DNA of 64,000 nt from Octopus vulgaris (GCA_951406725.2 OX597830.1:19592001-19656000); one strand, 5' to 3'; positions 52,367-64,000 are shown, numbered from the stretch's first letter. The notes: generated by a model not told the origin, from the sequence alone. Translations and numbers: made by a program.

Positions 52367-52402
52367 CTTTCTGTAGAAGAGCGTAGGCTCGAAACGTAAA
52401 AG
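52367..52402 (+). ncRNA. Minimal type-I hammerhead-like motif, U6 variant (intron 5)
   Basis: CUUU-CUGUAGA-A-GAGC(guag)GCUC-GAA-ACGU-A-AAAG in a ~215-bp repeat (52276-52492) flanked by (TA)n. Confidence 0.62.
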
Positions 52403-52489
52403 ACTTTTTCTATTCCTGAGCGTTCTACTAATACATCTGTTTGTTTTGTACACCACCTGTCTTCGTCTTTTGTTTTTTTCGTAAACTCT

Positions 52490-52536
<47 letters not shown>

Positions 52537-52726
52537 ACAGGCTTCTTTCAGTTACTGTCAACCAAATCCACTCAAAGGAGTTTGGTTGGCCCGAGGCTAT
52601 AGTAGAAAATACTTGTCAAAGATGCCACCAGTAGGACTGAACCCAGAGTCATGTGGCTGGGAAGCAAGCTTCTTACCACACAACCATGCCTGCACCTACC
52701 AATTAACACCTTTTGGTACCAATTAA

Positions 52727-53445
52727 CATTTGTCCCGGGTAAGACTTTGTATCCTGTAGTGGGGCCTTGGGATGGGAATTGCAAGGTTTTGAGGGAGGAT
52801 GGAACCACCTCTTATCCACTATTGTTCCTAAGTCTACCCTGACTCGCAGTAGTGACACTTGTTAGGGTCCCTGCTGTGGGTTAACTAGCATGTGTACCAC
52901 CCACTTCACACCCAGGCCACATCTGCTCCGATAACCTGCAATGCCTTGGTCAGTGAATCCTCTGTGACAGTCAATAATTGATGGCAAGATGAACTGCTAC
53001 GGATCTCTCTATCCCAAAGTGTGTTTGCATGTGACCAGGGACCACATGTGAACTTGTGTTCCCGCTGAAACTCTGAGCATGATTTGTCCTGGGTAAGACT
53101 TCAAACTGCATCTGGCAGTGGGGCCTTAGGATGGGACTTCCAGGGTTTTGAGGATGTGGAATGACCTCTTAGCAACTGCGATTCTCAAATCTACCCTGAA
53201 TTGCAGTAGTAGCATCTGTTAAGGTCCCAACTGTGGGTTAACCAACATGTGTGCCATCTGCTTCAAACCCATGCTACATCTGCTCCGATTACATACGGTG
53301 ACTTAATCAGCAAATCTTCTGTGAAGGTTGACAATCGACAATGACAAGATAAGCTGCTATGGATCATCCTATCTCAAAGTGTGTATGTATGTGACCAGGG
53401 ACCACATTTGAACTTGTATTCCCACTGAAAACCCAAGCATGATCT
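52727..53445. repeat. Diverged ~355-360-bp tandem duplication
   Basis: atttgtccYgggtaagact at ~52727 and ~53082; gaccagggaccacat at 53033 and 53393. Confidence 0.8.
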
Positions 53446-54137
53446 GATGGCTACAATTATAGTATCTGCACTATCCAACATGCTTGCTCTCCCAGTGGGA
53501 AAGTTGTCAAATTTGCAGACTGGAATTTTAGACTGCAGGCAGAAGCATTGCTTTGCCTGCTGGAACGTTAGGGTTGACCATCAGATGTGGTCAGCATTTG
53601 TGAGGGACAAGGTGGACTTGTTGATCAGAACCAGCTCAACCCACCCCAGGTGAATGCCACCATGTATACAAGTAATGTAAGGGTTAAGAAATCTCTATTG
53701 TTTTGTTGACTGGCATCTGTGCTAGTGGAGTGCTAAGAGCACCATCCGAGCGTGATCATTGCCAGAGTGGCTAACTGGCATCCGTGATGGTGGCACGTAA
53801 AAAGCACAATTTGAGCGTGATTGTTACCAGCATTGCCTTACTGGCACTTGTGCAGGTGGCACATAAAAAACACCATTTAGGTGTGGCCATTGCCAGTACC
53901 ACCTGACTGGCCCTCGTGCTGGTGGCATGTAAAAGCACCCACTACACTCTGAGTGGTTGACTTTAGGAAGGGCATCCAGCTGTAGAAACTCTGCCAGGTC
54001 AAAATTGGAGCCTGGTGCAGCCATCTGGTTCGCCAGTCCTCAGTCAAACCGTCCAACCCATGCTAGCATGGAAAGCAGACGTTAAACGATGATGATGATG
54101 AAGATGATGATGGTAGTGGTGGTGATTATTATTATTA

Positions 54138-54187
<50 letters not shown>

Positions 54188-54260
54188 TTTTAATTTTTTT
54201 TTATTTTTTATTTATTTATTTATTTTATTCAAAATGGTTGTCACTTTTATCTAATTTCAG

Positions 54261-54381
54261 AACATAGTTGCAGTTGGTGCTGGTATTGCCGATGGCCTTG
54301 GCTTTGGGGACAATACAAAGGCAGCCGTCATCCGTTTAGGTCTCATGGAGATGATACAGTTTGCTAAAGTCTTCTATGAAG
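54261..54381 (+). CDS. GPD1: GPD1 exon 6 ([40 protein letters not shown])
   Basis: ctaatttcag acceptor, G|gtaaca donor, 121 nt. Confidence 0.96.
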
Positions 54382-54957
54382 GTAACAATTTGAACGACAT
54401 CTTTGTGGCTGTTTTTATTATATTTTGTATCAGATTTTGTGGACAATGGCATGATTGGACAACGTTTTCTAATGAGCAATCACTCGTTCACAGTACTTAT
54501 GACAGCAAGAACAGTAACGGAGCGGCTCTGTTAACATGGATTGAACAATGCCACATGGTGTATTGGCTGGGTGGTTGAGAAGTTTGCTTCTCAGCTACAT
54601 GATTCTGGGTTCAGTCCCACCGCATGACTCCTTGAGCAAGTGTCTTCTACTATAGCCTTGGACCAACCAAAGCCTTGTGAGTGGATTTAGTTGGCGGAAA
54701 CTGAAAGAAGCCCTGTTGTATGAGCTGTGCCCTTTGTTTCCAGTTTTCCATGTCATGGGAAAATATTTCCTTATTTGGAAATTGGTGAAGGTTGGTAACA
54801 GGAAAGGCATCCAACTGTAAAAAATCTACCTTGACAATTTCTGTCCAATCCATGCAAGCATGTAAAAATACACATTTATATATATATATATATATATATA
54901 TGCCCCAGCATGGCCACAGCTCGTGAGCTGAAACTAGATAAAATATAAAATATATAT

Positions 54958-57342
54958 ATCACTTTGATCACTTTGACCGACCAGTCTGTCAGGCGTCCAT
55001 TTGACACCGCTGGTCACAGCACGCTGTCCACTCCTCTCTGGATCGTGCCTTTCTCATCCACGTGATCCCAATTGTCCTCTTGAAATCGTCACTCCACCGT
55101 TGTGGAGGTCTTTTCCGCTCACGCGGGTACCACCTGGTAACTGCGCGCGTCCACCGATTATCGGTGAGCCGGGCGACGTGTCCAGCCCATCTATACTTGC
55201 TGCGAGTATACTCTGCGATGACATCTCTCACGCCGGACTTCTTTCTGATGATCTTGCTACTTATGTGCTCTCTCAACGAGATACCAAGCATTGACCTTTC
55301 CATGGCTCTTTGAGCCGTTACCAGTCTTTGCTCTTCTCTCTTTGTGGTAGCCCATGTTTCACTACCATATAACATTGCAGGCAGAACTGCACTGTTAATG
55401 AGGTTGGTGCGGGTGGTCCTGTCCAACCTTCCCTTGAGCACATCCCTTATGCCATTGAACGCCTTCCATCTGGCCCTTACTCTCCGTGAGATCTCCTTTT
55501 TGATATCCCGGCACATATTTACTTCCTGTCCCAGGTCGACATATTCTCTCACCTCCTCTATTTCATCACTGCCGATCACCATTCGACCTGTTGGTACGTT
55601 GTCTGACCGCATGAACTTTGTTTTCATGTGGTTCATCTTGAGACCTACTGCAGAACTTTTGATGTCGAGCTCCGTCAGCATGGTCTGAAGCTGATCCATG
55701 TTTTCAGCGATGAGTACGTTGTCGTCAGCGAAACGGAGGTGGGTGAGGAGCTCGCCATTGATGTTGACACCACCTTGCCATTCGATGCCTCTGATGATCT
55801 GTTCGAGACATGCAGTGAAAAGTTTTGGGGAGATTGTATCTCCTTGCTTCACTCCCTTCTCAACCGGCACTCGTATGGGTGATGACAGTAGGGCTATGTC
55901 GGTGGTGCATCTGGAATTTGCCTCTCTGAGCAGCTGCACATATTGTAATTCGATTCCTAGCCTCTTCAGCGAGTTCAGCACTGCGTTGGTTTCGACGCTA
56001 TCGAAGGCCTTCTCATAATCTATAAACGCAACGCAAAAAGGCAGCTTGTACTCATTTGCTCGCTCAAGCAGTTGCGTTAGGGCAAATATATGGTCCATTG
56101 TGCTGTAGTTCTTCCGGAAGCCTGCTTGCTCCCTTGGTTGTTGTTCGTCGAGACGACGTGACAACCTGTTCAGAATTATCTTCGTGAACAGCTTGTACAC
56201 GTGAGACAGGAGGCATATGGGTCGGTAGTTCTTTAGATCTTCTCTGTCGCCCTTCTTATACAGCAGGATGGTATTTGACTCTTTCCACTGCGAGGGAATT
56301 CTTCCCTCGTCTAGATAGTGCGTAAATCGCTCAGCGAGGATTTTCCAGAGCTGCTCTCTGCCTGACTTTAGCACCTCCGATGTTATACCGTCTTTCCCTG
56401 GAGCCTTTCCGTTTTTCATCGAGCCGATGGCTCTTTCAACCTCACTGACAAGGACAGGTGGCACGTTTTCTTCCTGTTGGAGTGGTGGTAACGGCTGGAC
56501 ATTTCTGGTAGACTTAAAGAGCTTGGTGTAGAAGTCTTCACAAACTTTTTCCATCACGCTCTTCTCGTTGACCGGTATTCCATCTGTATTTTTCAGGGCC
56601 GTCACCTCCGATCTATATAGTACCATGTCCCTCTTGCATTTCTTGAGGCTCTTCTTTTCCTCTGCGGCCTTCAAGAGCTTCTCCATCCGGTATGCCTCAA
56701 AGTCTTTCTTTAGTTGCTGACAAATCACTCTGCTGAGAATGGAATATTCAAGGTGATCTTCAATAGTCCTCTTCATATTTTTCCTCTTCTCGAGTAATTT
56801 CGTAGTTTCTTCCAAGATTCTTCCCTTCTTTTCTATTAGACATACTCCTTTAGCCTTCCTTAAACACTCCTTCAGTTTCCCTATCTGAGTTGTAGTCATC
56901 GTCTATGTCGTCTCCTTGGCACCAGTCTTCCTGCATGATGGCTTCCTGCAGCTTTGCCTCGTTGTAGACTTGGACACGTTTTCCCTTCGGCGCCAAATAT
57001 AACGCCATCTTCTCCCTCTTCTCGTCGATGATGATCCTCGCCCTTACCAGATGATGATCGCTGTTGGTGTTGAATAGTGTCACGACGGAGACGTCATGCA
57101 ATATGCGTCGCTTATCAACCAGGATGTAGTCGATCTCGCTTCGGTGCTTAGAGTTCGGCGATATCCAAGTCCATCTCTTCCTCTCCCTCTTCCTGAATAG
57201 GCTGTTTCCGATGTAGAGCTGCCTCGCCTCTGCCATGGTAGCCAAACGTTCTCCTCTCTTGTTTCTCTCTCCCATGCCAAATCTCCCGACGTACTCCTCT
57301 CCTTGTCGTCCATGTCCAACCTTTGCGTTGAAGTCATGGAAA
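54958..57342 (-). mobile_element. RTE-clade LINE, 5'-truncated (APE endonuclease part plus RT), one frameshift near 56887
   Basis: DFNAKVG, EIDYIL, SDHHLV (EN); KAPGKDGI, NYRPICLLS, EQAGFR, IDYEKAFDSV, GVKQGDTISPKLF, LRFADD, WAGHVAR (RT, ORF 54989-56899); (CAAAGTGAT)2 tail; inserted in (TA)n. Confidence 0.95.
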
Positions 57343-57425
57343 ATATATATATATATATATTGACTGCTAAATCCACAAGTTTTTTTTTTCTTTTTATTCT
57401 CCCTCTGTTTATTTTCCCTGTGTTC

Positions 57426-57461
57426 CTTTCTGTTGAAGAGCATAGGCTTGAAATGTAAAAG
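57426..57461 (+). ncRNA. Second U6-variant hammerhead-like motif (intron 6), CpG-decayed
   Basis: CUUU-CUGUUGA-A-GAGC(auag)GCUU-GAA-AUGU-A-AAAG in a homologue of the 52276-52492 repeat. Confidence 0.5.
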
Positions 57462-57622
57462 ACTTTCTCACCTTCCTGAGCATCAAACTAATACACCTGC
57501 TTGTTTATACACCTGTCTTTGTCTTTTGTTTTTTTGTAAATTTCAACCCTCTCTCTCTCTTTATATATATATATATTTATATATATATAAATATATATAA
57601 ATTAGAAAAAACCACCTTTTAT

Positions 57623-57763
57623 CACTTCAAAATGAAAAATTAAATTACACCATCTAGAAAATTACATATAATAGAAAGATTAAATATAAGATAAAAAATA
57701 TAATGGTGATTAAGTAATGTGCAAAATAATAAGAAAAACGTATATAATAATATTATATATATA

Positions 57764-57821
<58 letters not shown>

Positions 57822-58095
57822 ATGGAAATAGTAGTTGTGGTACCTGTGCCGGTGGCATATAAAAAGCACCATCCGAACAAGGCTGATGCCAGCGCCGCCT
57901 ATTGGCTTCCGTGGCACATAAGCCCAAAATGCCACCACCTTTTACTTGCCGGTGACTTCAAAATGAAAAATTAAATTACACCATCTAGAAAATTACATAT
58001 AATAGAAAGATTAAATATAAGATAAAAAATATAATGGTGATTAAGTAATGTGCAAAATAATAAATAAAACATATATAATAATATTATATATATAT
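57623..58095. repeat. ~140-bp direct duplication (57623 and 57955)
   Basis: acttcaaaatgaaaaattaaattacaccatctagaaaattac... occurs twice. Confidence 0.85.
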
Positions 58096-58494
58096 GTCGA
58101 ACCGTCCAACCCGTGCTAGCGCGGAAAACGGACATTAAACGATGATGATATATATGAGGAGAAGTCAAAAGTTATCCGCACTTTCACCATAACATATCTT
58201 TATTATTGTCACACTGCCTTCTGCTCGTGTGTGCTTATAGTTGGTACTATTGTGGTTATGTGATTAAAGTTTGAACCTGATCGTGCTATTCTTCTTTCTG
58301 GCTTTCACATCCAGTCTTCTATAGAAAGAACGTCTGGCCATGGGGGAAATATTGATTTGCTTGTAAATAGGTGAGGGTTGGTGACAGGAAGGGCATCAAG
58401 CTATAATCTGCCTCTACAAATTCTGTCTGACCCATGCAAGCATGGAAAAATGGACATTAAATAATGATGATGATAATTGTTAACTAAGAAGCAT

Positions 58495-59277
58495 CAGATG
58501 TGGTGTGCAAGAGAGACGTTTGCGCTGGTATGGTCATGTGGCGAGAATGGATGAAGAAAGTTGTGTGAAAAAGTGTCACACCCTAGTGGTTGAGGGAACC
58601 TGTGGAAAAGGCAGACCCAGGAAAACCTGGGATGAGATGGTGAAGTACGACCTTCGAACTTTAGGTCTCACTGAGGAAATGACTAGAGACCGAGACCTCT
58701 GGAAGTATGCTGTGCGTGAGAAGACCCGGCAGGACAAGTGAGACCATAACCCATGGCCTTCTATATGGGATGTAGCCAGTCCACTTATGCATACCTTCCC
58801 TTCTTGGGACACAAAACTCTACTTGTGAAGACCTGTTGAGGCAAGTGAGAATCAGAATCGAAATCGATCAATGGAAATTGCATCTGAGTTACCAGTGCTG
58901 GTGTCACGTAAGAGAATCATCCGAACGTGGCTGTTGCCAGCGCCGCCCCGACTGGCCTCATGCCAGTGGCACGTAAAAAGCACCATCCATTTGTGGCCGT
59001 TCCCAGCCTCACCTGGCCCCCGTGCTGGTGGCACATAAAAAGCACCATCCGATCGTGGCCGTTTGCCAGACTCGTCTGGCACCTGTGCCGGTGGCACGTA
59101 AAAAGCACCCACTACACTCATGGAGTGGTTGGTGTTAGGAAGGGCATCCAGCCGTAGAAACACTGCCAGATCAAACTGGGCCTGGTGCAGCCTTCTGGCT
59201 TCCCAGACCCCAGTTGAACCGTCCAACCCATGCTAGCATGGAAAGCGGACGCTAAACGATGATGATGATGATGATGA
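58495..59277 (+). mobile_element. RTE-like LINE 3' end with tandem-unit 3' UTR and (GAT)n tail
   Basis: QERRLRWYGHVARM...GRPRKTWDE...DRDLWKYAV* followed by UTR. Confidence 0.8.
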
Positions 59278-59300
59278 TTTCCCATATTTCATGTTTTCAG

Positions 59301-59410
59301 GTTCCATGATGTCGACATTCTTGGAGAGCTGTGGAGTGGCTGATCTTATTACCACATGCTATGGGGGTCGAAATCGCAGAGTGGCTGAAGCTTTTGCTAA
59401 GACAGGAAAG
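59301..59410 (+). CDS. GPD1: GPD1 exon 7 ([37 protein letters not shown])
   Basis: ttttcag acceptor, AAG|gtaaca donor, [12 protein letters not shown] motif, 110 nt. Confidence 0.97.
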
Positions 59411-59544
59411 GTAACACTTCTGCAATTCTTACATGTTCCTTTTCTTTTCTTTTTTATTCAAATTTACTTACTTTTTGGTCTTTTACTTGTTTCAATGAAG
59501 ATGCATGTGTATTCATACACATAGTCACACGGTCACATTGAGTC

Positions 59545-60185
59545 TCATAGTCAATCACTCACTCTGATAGCCTTTCACTAAATCACTCACTCACTTGCTC
59601 ACCTGCCCACCCATTTAGTCACTCAAAATTAACTCACTCTCTCACTTGCTCCCTCCCTCCCTCCCTCATTCACTTCCTCACTCATTCATTCACTACATCA
59701 CTTATTCACATCCACTCCCTCACATATCCACTCACTCACTCACCCACTCACATATTCATCACTCATTCACTCACATCTCCACTCACTCACTTATCCACCA
59801 CTCACTTATCCACTCACTTACCCACTCACTCACATCTCCACTCACTCACTTATCCACTCACTCACTTACCCACTCACTCACATCTCCACTCACTCACATC
59901 TCCACTCACTCACTTATCTACTCACTCACTTATCCACTCACTCACTTACTCACTCACTTACCCACTCACTCACATCTCCACTCACTCACTTATCCACTCA
60001 CTCACTTACCCACTCACTCACATCTCCACTCACTCACTTATCCACTCACTCACTTACCCACTCACTCACTTATCCACTCACTCACATCTCCACTCACTCA
60101 CTTATCCACTCACTCACTTACCCACTCACTCACATCTCCACTCACTCACATATCCACTCACTCATTCACTCACTCCCTTTCTCAT
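59545..60185. repeat. (CACT)n-derived low-complexity minisatellite
   Basis: Read directly; fills most of intron 7. Confidence 0.95.
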
Positions 60186-60254
60186 CCATTTACCTATTCC
60201 CTGTTTCTATATTAATTATTACTCACATCTTTCCCCCCCGCTTCTCTTCACCAG

Positions 60255-60361
60255 TCGATAGAACAACTGGAACAGGAGATGTTGAATGGTCAAAAACTGC
60301 AAGGTCCGCCCACAGCAGCTGAAGTCAATATCATGTTGAAGGCGAGGAATATGGAGGACAG
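60255..60361 (+). CDS. GPD1: GPD1 exon 8 ([35 protein letters not shown])
   Basis: ttcaccag acceptor, AG|gtaaga donor, LNGQKLQG motif, 107 nt; not in ORF track. Confidence 0.96.
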
Positions 60362-60426
60362 GTAAGAACCTTAATTTTCTATATTTCGTTACATATAACA
60401 TGAATCAAGGAGAGAGAGTCTCTATA

Positions 60427-60655
60427 TTTATTTCTTTATTGCCCATAGGGGGCTAAACAGAGGGGACAAAACAAGGACAAAGGGATTAAGTTGATTACAT
60501 TGACCCCAGTGCGTAACTGGTACTGCTTTAATCAATCCCAAAAGGACGAAAGGCAAAGTCGACCTCGACAGAATTTGAACTCAGAACGTGATGGTAGACG
60601 AAATACTGCTAAGCATTTTACCCAGTGTGCTAACGATTCTGCCAGCTCACTGCCT
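60427..60655 (-). mobile_element. SINE family B
   Basis: Similarity to other copies. Confidence 0.75.
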
Positions 60656-61317
60656 TAAGGGAGCCTCTATATTATCTCATTGATCTACTAGAAATTGCAG
60701 ACAAATTTCCTCAAATCACAATCTACTCTCTTAAAAAAAAGAAAAGAAAAAGGACACACTGAATAACGTTCTCCTAGTGATAGGCTTGGCTGGAATGCTT
60801 TTGATCATGGTAGAATATTTTACACACCAGGCAAAATGCTTGGCAGCGTTACGTCTGTCTTCGTGTTCTGAGTTCAAATTCCGCTGAGGTCGATTTTAGC
60901 TTTTCATTCTTTTGGACTTGATAAAATACATACCAGTTAAACACTGGGGTCGATGTAACCAACTAGCACCCCGCCTCAAAATTCCAAGCCTTGTTTCTAT
61001 AGTCGAAAGGTATGTTTACTGTGATCTAAAACTGTTTATGTCGTGCCACTTTACGTTCTGTAATTTATGGTATAATTGAACAAGGATCAAAAAAAAAAAA
61101 CTAGATAAAAACTAGTTTTGAAATGATCGACCAAAACCCTCAAATGCTGTGCTCCAGCTTGGCCATAGTCCAATGAGTGAAACGGGTAAAAACTAAAATT
61201 ACTATTGTTTCTTTCTCAAAAGTCGAACCAACTCCATCGTTTTGCTTGTAAGCTACAAAAATAAGTCTAAGGGAGATAACTCTTTCAATTCCTAACGGAG
61301 GCTCTATTAAGAAAAGA

Positions 61318-61745
61318 ACTCTTTTACTCTCTTTACTCTTTTACTTGTTTCAGTCATTTGACTGCAGCCATGCTGGAGCACCGCCTTTAGTCGAGCAAAT
61401 CGACCCCAGGACTTATTCTTTGTAAGCCTTGTACTTATTCTATTGGTCTCTTTTGCCGAACCGCTAAGTTACAAGGACGTAAAACACACCAGCATCAGTT
61501 GTCAAGTGATGTTGGGGAGACAAACACACACACACAAACACACACACACACACACACATATACATACATATACATATATACAACGGGCTTCTTTCAGTTT
61601 CCGTCTACCAAATCCACTCACAAGGCTTTGGTCAACCTGAGGTTATAGTAGAAGACACTTGCCCAAGGTGCCACACAGTGGGACTGAACCCAGAACCATG
61701 TGGTTGGTAAGCAAGCTACTTACCACACAGCCACTCCTGTGCCTA
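61318..61745 (-). mobile_element. SINE family A
   Basis: Similarity to other copies. Confidence 0.85.
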
Positions 61746-62049
61746 ATTTTCTAATTTTTGAATCCTTGTCGAGTTTAATCGAATTTATCTTTTCTCTTTC
61801 TTGATTCAATAAAATAATTGCCAACTGAACACTGGGGTTGATATAATAGGCATAGTGCCACCCATTTTTGAGGTGAGGAATGAACCATCTGTTGGATACC
61901 AATATTATAGTATAAATATATACAAATATATATTTAATGCATACATTTACACTTAGATGTAATTCAGGGTTGTTTATTTTCTTCATTTAATAAAGAAAGC
62001 GGACTATATTAGTAATTATAATGTTTCTAAGCACAAGGCCAGCCCCGTT

Positions 62050-62343
62050 GACAATGCAAATATATGTGAAACTACCACCTGTGTCATCTCTTGTGAAAGG
62101 TAGGAGAGTCCAGTTTGCTGGACATTGTTGTAGAGCTGAAAACAAGGCAATTTCTACTCTTCTCCTCTGGAAACCATCTACTCGCAATACCAGAGGGTGC
62201 ACACTCTCCTACCCTGATGTAATCTTCAGGGATACAGGCATCCAGCAACAGGACCTCCGTAGTGCTATGATGGACTGTGAAGTCTGGCATAGCATGGTAA
62301 ATTCCATTGTCTCGACCACGGTCGAACAATGATGATGATGATG
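62050..62343 (+). mobile_element. RTE-like LINE 3' fragment (different family)
   Basis: LPPVSSLVKGRRVQFAGHCCRAE...LLLWKP...LRSAMMDCEVW followed by (GAT)n tail. Confidence 0.65.
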
Positions 62344-63085
62344 TTAGTCAATTTACATTGACTAACCTCAGTGGAATTTGAACTCAGAATGTGAAGACAG
62401 GCAAAACGCCGCTAAGCATTTTACCCACCGTGCTAATGATTCTACTAACTCACTGCATTGAGAGAAGAGATAATATTAAAAAATATTCTATTTTTGGCCC
62501 TCAAAGTATGAAGTACAAAGTTTAGCTTGGTGGGGTTTGAACTTAGGCAGAAGGCTGGAATGAATACTCTAAGTCATTTTATATGATGGTCTCTAATGAT
62601 TTTGCCAGTTTGCTTGAAAGTGTCTTCTACTATAGCCCTGGGCTAACTAAAGCCTTGTGAGTAGATTTGATTGACAGTAACAGAAAGAAGCCTTTCACAC
62701 ACACACACCTACACACATGTATGTGTATTTATGTGTGCTTGTGTGTATGTATGTGTTTTTGTCTTGACATCACATGATGGTTGTAAACGAGCATCACCAT
62801 CATACAAGTGGTATTTATTTTCAATCTTCTGTGGAAAACATGTCTAGCCATGGGAAAATATTACCTTGCTTGGGGATAGGTGAGAGTTAGCAACAAGAAG
62901 CGTATCCAGCTGTAGAAAGTTCATTTCAGCAATTTCTGTCTAACCCATGCAAGCATGGAAAAGTGGACGTTAAATGATGATGGTTATGTGTTTCTTGTGT
63001 GAGAGATTAATATATTGATTCTGTTATTAAATAATCAATTAATTAATTAATTAATTAATTAATTTTTTTTTTTTTATTTTGTCAG

Positions 63086-63182
63086 ATTTCCTCTGTTCAC
63101 AACAATACATCGGATGTGTTTAGGTGAAGTTCCTGTCGACAAATTCATCAGCTGCCTTAAAAACCACCCTGAACATCACTAA
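63086..63182 (+). CDS. GPD1: GPD1 exon 9, terminal (FPLFTTIHRMCLGEVPVDKFISCLKNHPEHH*)
   Basis: ttttgtcag acceptor, FPLF and NHPEH motifs, TAA 63180-63182, 97 nt; spliced total 1056 nt is open. Confidence 0.96.
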
Positions 63183-64000
63183 GGAGAATAAAAAAGAAAA
63201 ACATTTCCTTATCTTTTAAACAAAAATGTTTTGGTCAGAAAAGACAAAACATACAAAAAAAAAAATCCTGTATTTTTTTTTAAAGGGTTACCTTTTTTTT
63301 TTTTTTTTTTAACACTTAAGAAAACTGAACTGAATTTACTGGTACCAAACCTAATGAAACCCAAACAAATTTAAGCAAACCAGAAAGTCAAAAAACCCCA
63401 AAACACCATCTAATTACAAGCTCCCATCAAACCTCCAAACTTTTAAACTTTTTTAAATTTAAAAAAAAAAAAAAAGAAAATCTATTACTGCTGCTGCTGT
63501 TTTTTTTTTTGTATATTTTTAGTTTTTAAGAATTTGGGAAATTTCGCAGAACGATGGGGATAATGATTAATAATAATAATGATGATAATAAAATTAGTAA
63601 TAATAACAATAATGATAATAATAATGATAATAATATTGTTTCTAATTTAAGTACAAGGTCAACAATTTTGAGGGGAGGGGGTTGGTCGAAGATATTGACT
63701 CAGGTCCTTGACTGGTATGTTATTTTATTGCTCCTGCTCTAAGATTTGAACTAAGGACACAAGGTACTCGAATAAATGCTGTAAGGTTCTTTGTTCTAAT
63801 GTTTCTTTTAATCCACTGCCATAATAATAATAATAATTCTTTTTACTGGAAGCACACGGCCTCAAATTTGGGGGAAGGGATTAAGTCGATTACATCGACC
63901 TCAGTAGTACATAACTGGCACTTATTTAGTCAACCTTGAAAGTATGAAAGGCAAAGTCAACCTCGGCGGAATTTGAACTCTAATAATAATAATTGTTTCA

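Noticed and set aside
63180-63195. Stop-codon readthrough or peroxisomal C-terminal extension of GPD1
   Set aside because: TAA is followed by GGA GAA TAA: no readthrough context, no PTS1-like tripeptide and no alternative donor nearby.

Overview
AT-rich, microsatellite- and SINE-dense animal genomic DNA; the repeat families look like those of an octopod cephalopod (inference from recall, not checked). One protein-coding gene is reconstructable: cytosolic NAD-dependent glycerol-3-phosphate dehydrogenase (GPD1/Gpdh), + strand, 9 GT-AG exons from 17626 to 63182 (1056 nt, 351 aa; several exons are missing from the ORF track). Also present: tRNA-Glu(TTC) upstream and tRNA-Val(CAC) in intron 1, a near-intact 5'-truncated RTE LINE in intron 6, a fossil Ty3/Gypsy pol, R4/Dong, mariner and Tigger remnants, and at least three tRNA-derived SINE families. 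Two signals stand out. (1) A set of minimal type-I hammerhead-ribozyme-like motifs sits in short, microsatellite-flanked, often inverted Penelope-like repeats. Their cores co-vary at the 3:8 pair (C3-G8, G3-C8, U3-A8) and include a recurrent U6 variant, and several lie in sense orientation in GPD1 introns. (2) A ~420-bp GGATC-terminated MITE with 8-bp TSDs carries (TTAGGG)n tracts and has inserted four times within 8.3 kb. Most ORFs in the supplied track are microsatellite or SINE artefacts. Repeat boundaries are approximate unless TSDs or splice sites are quoted.
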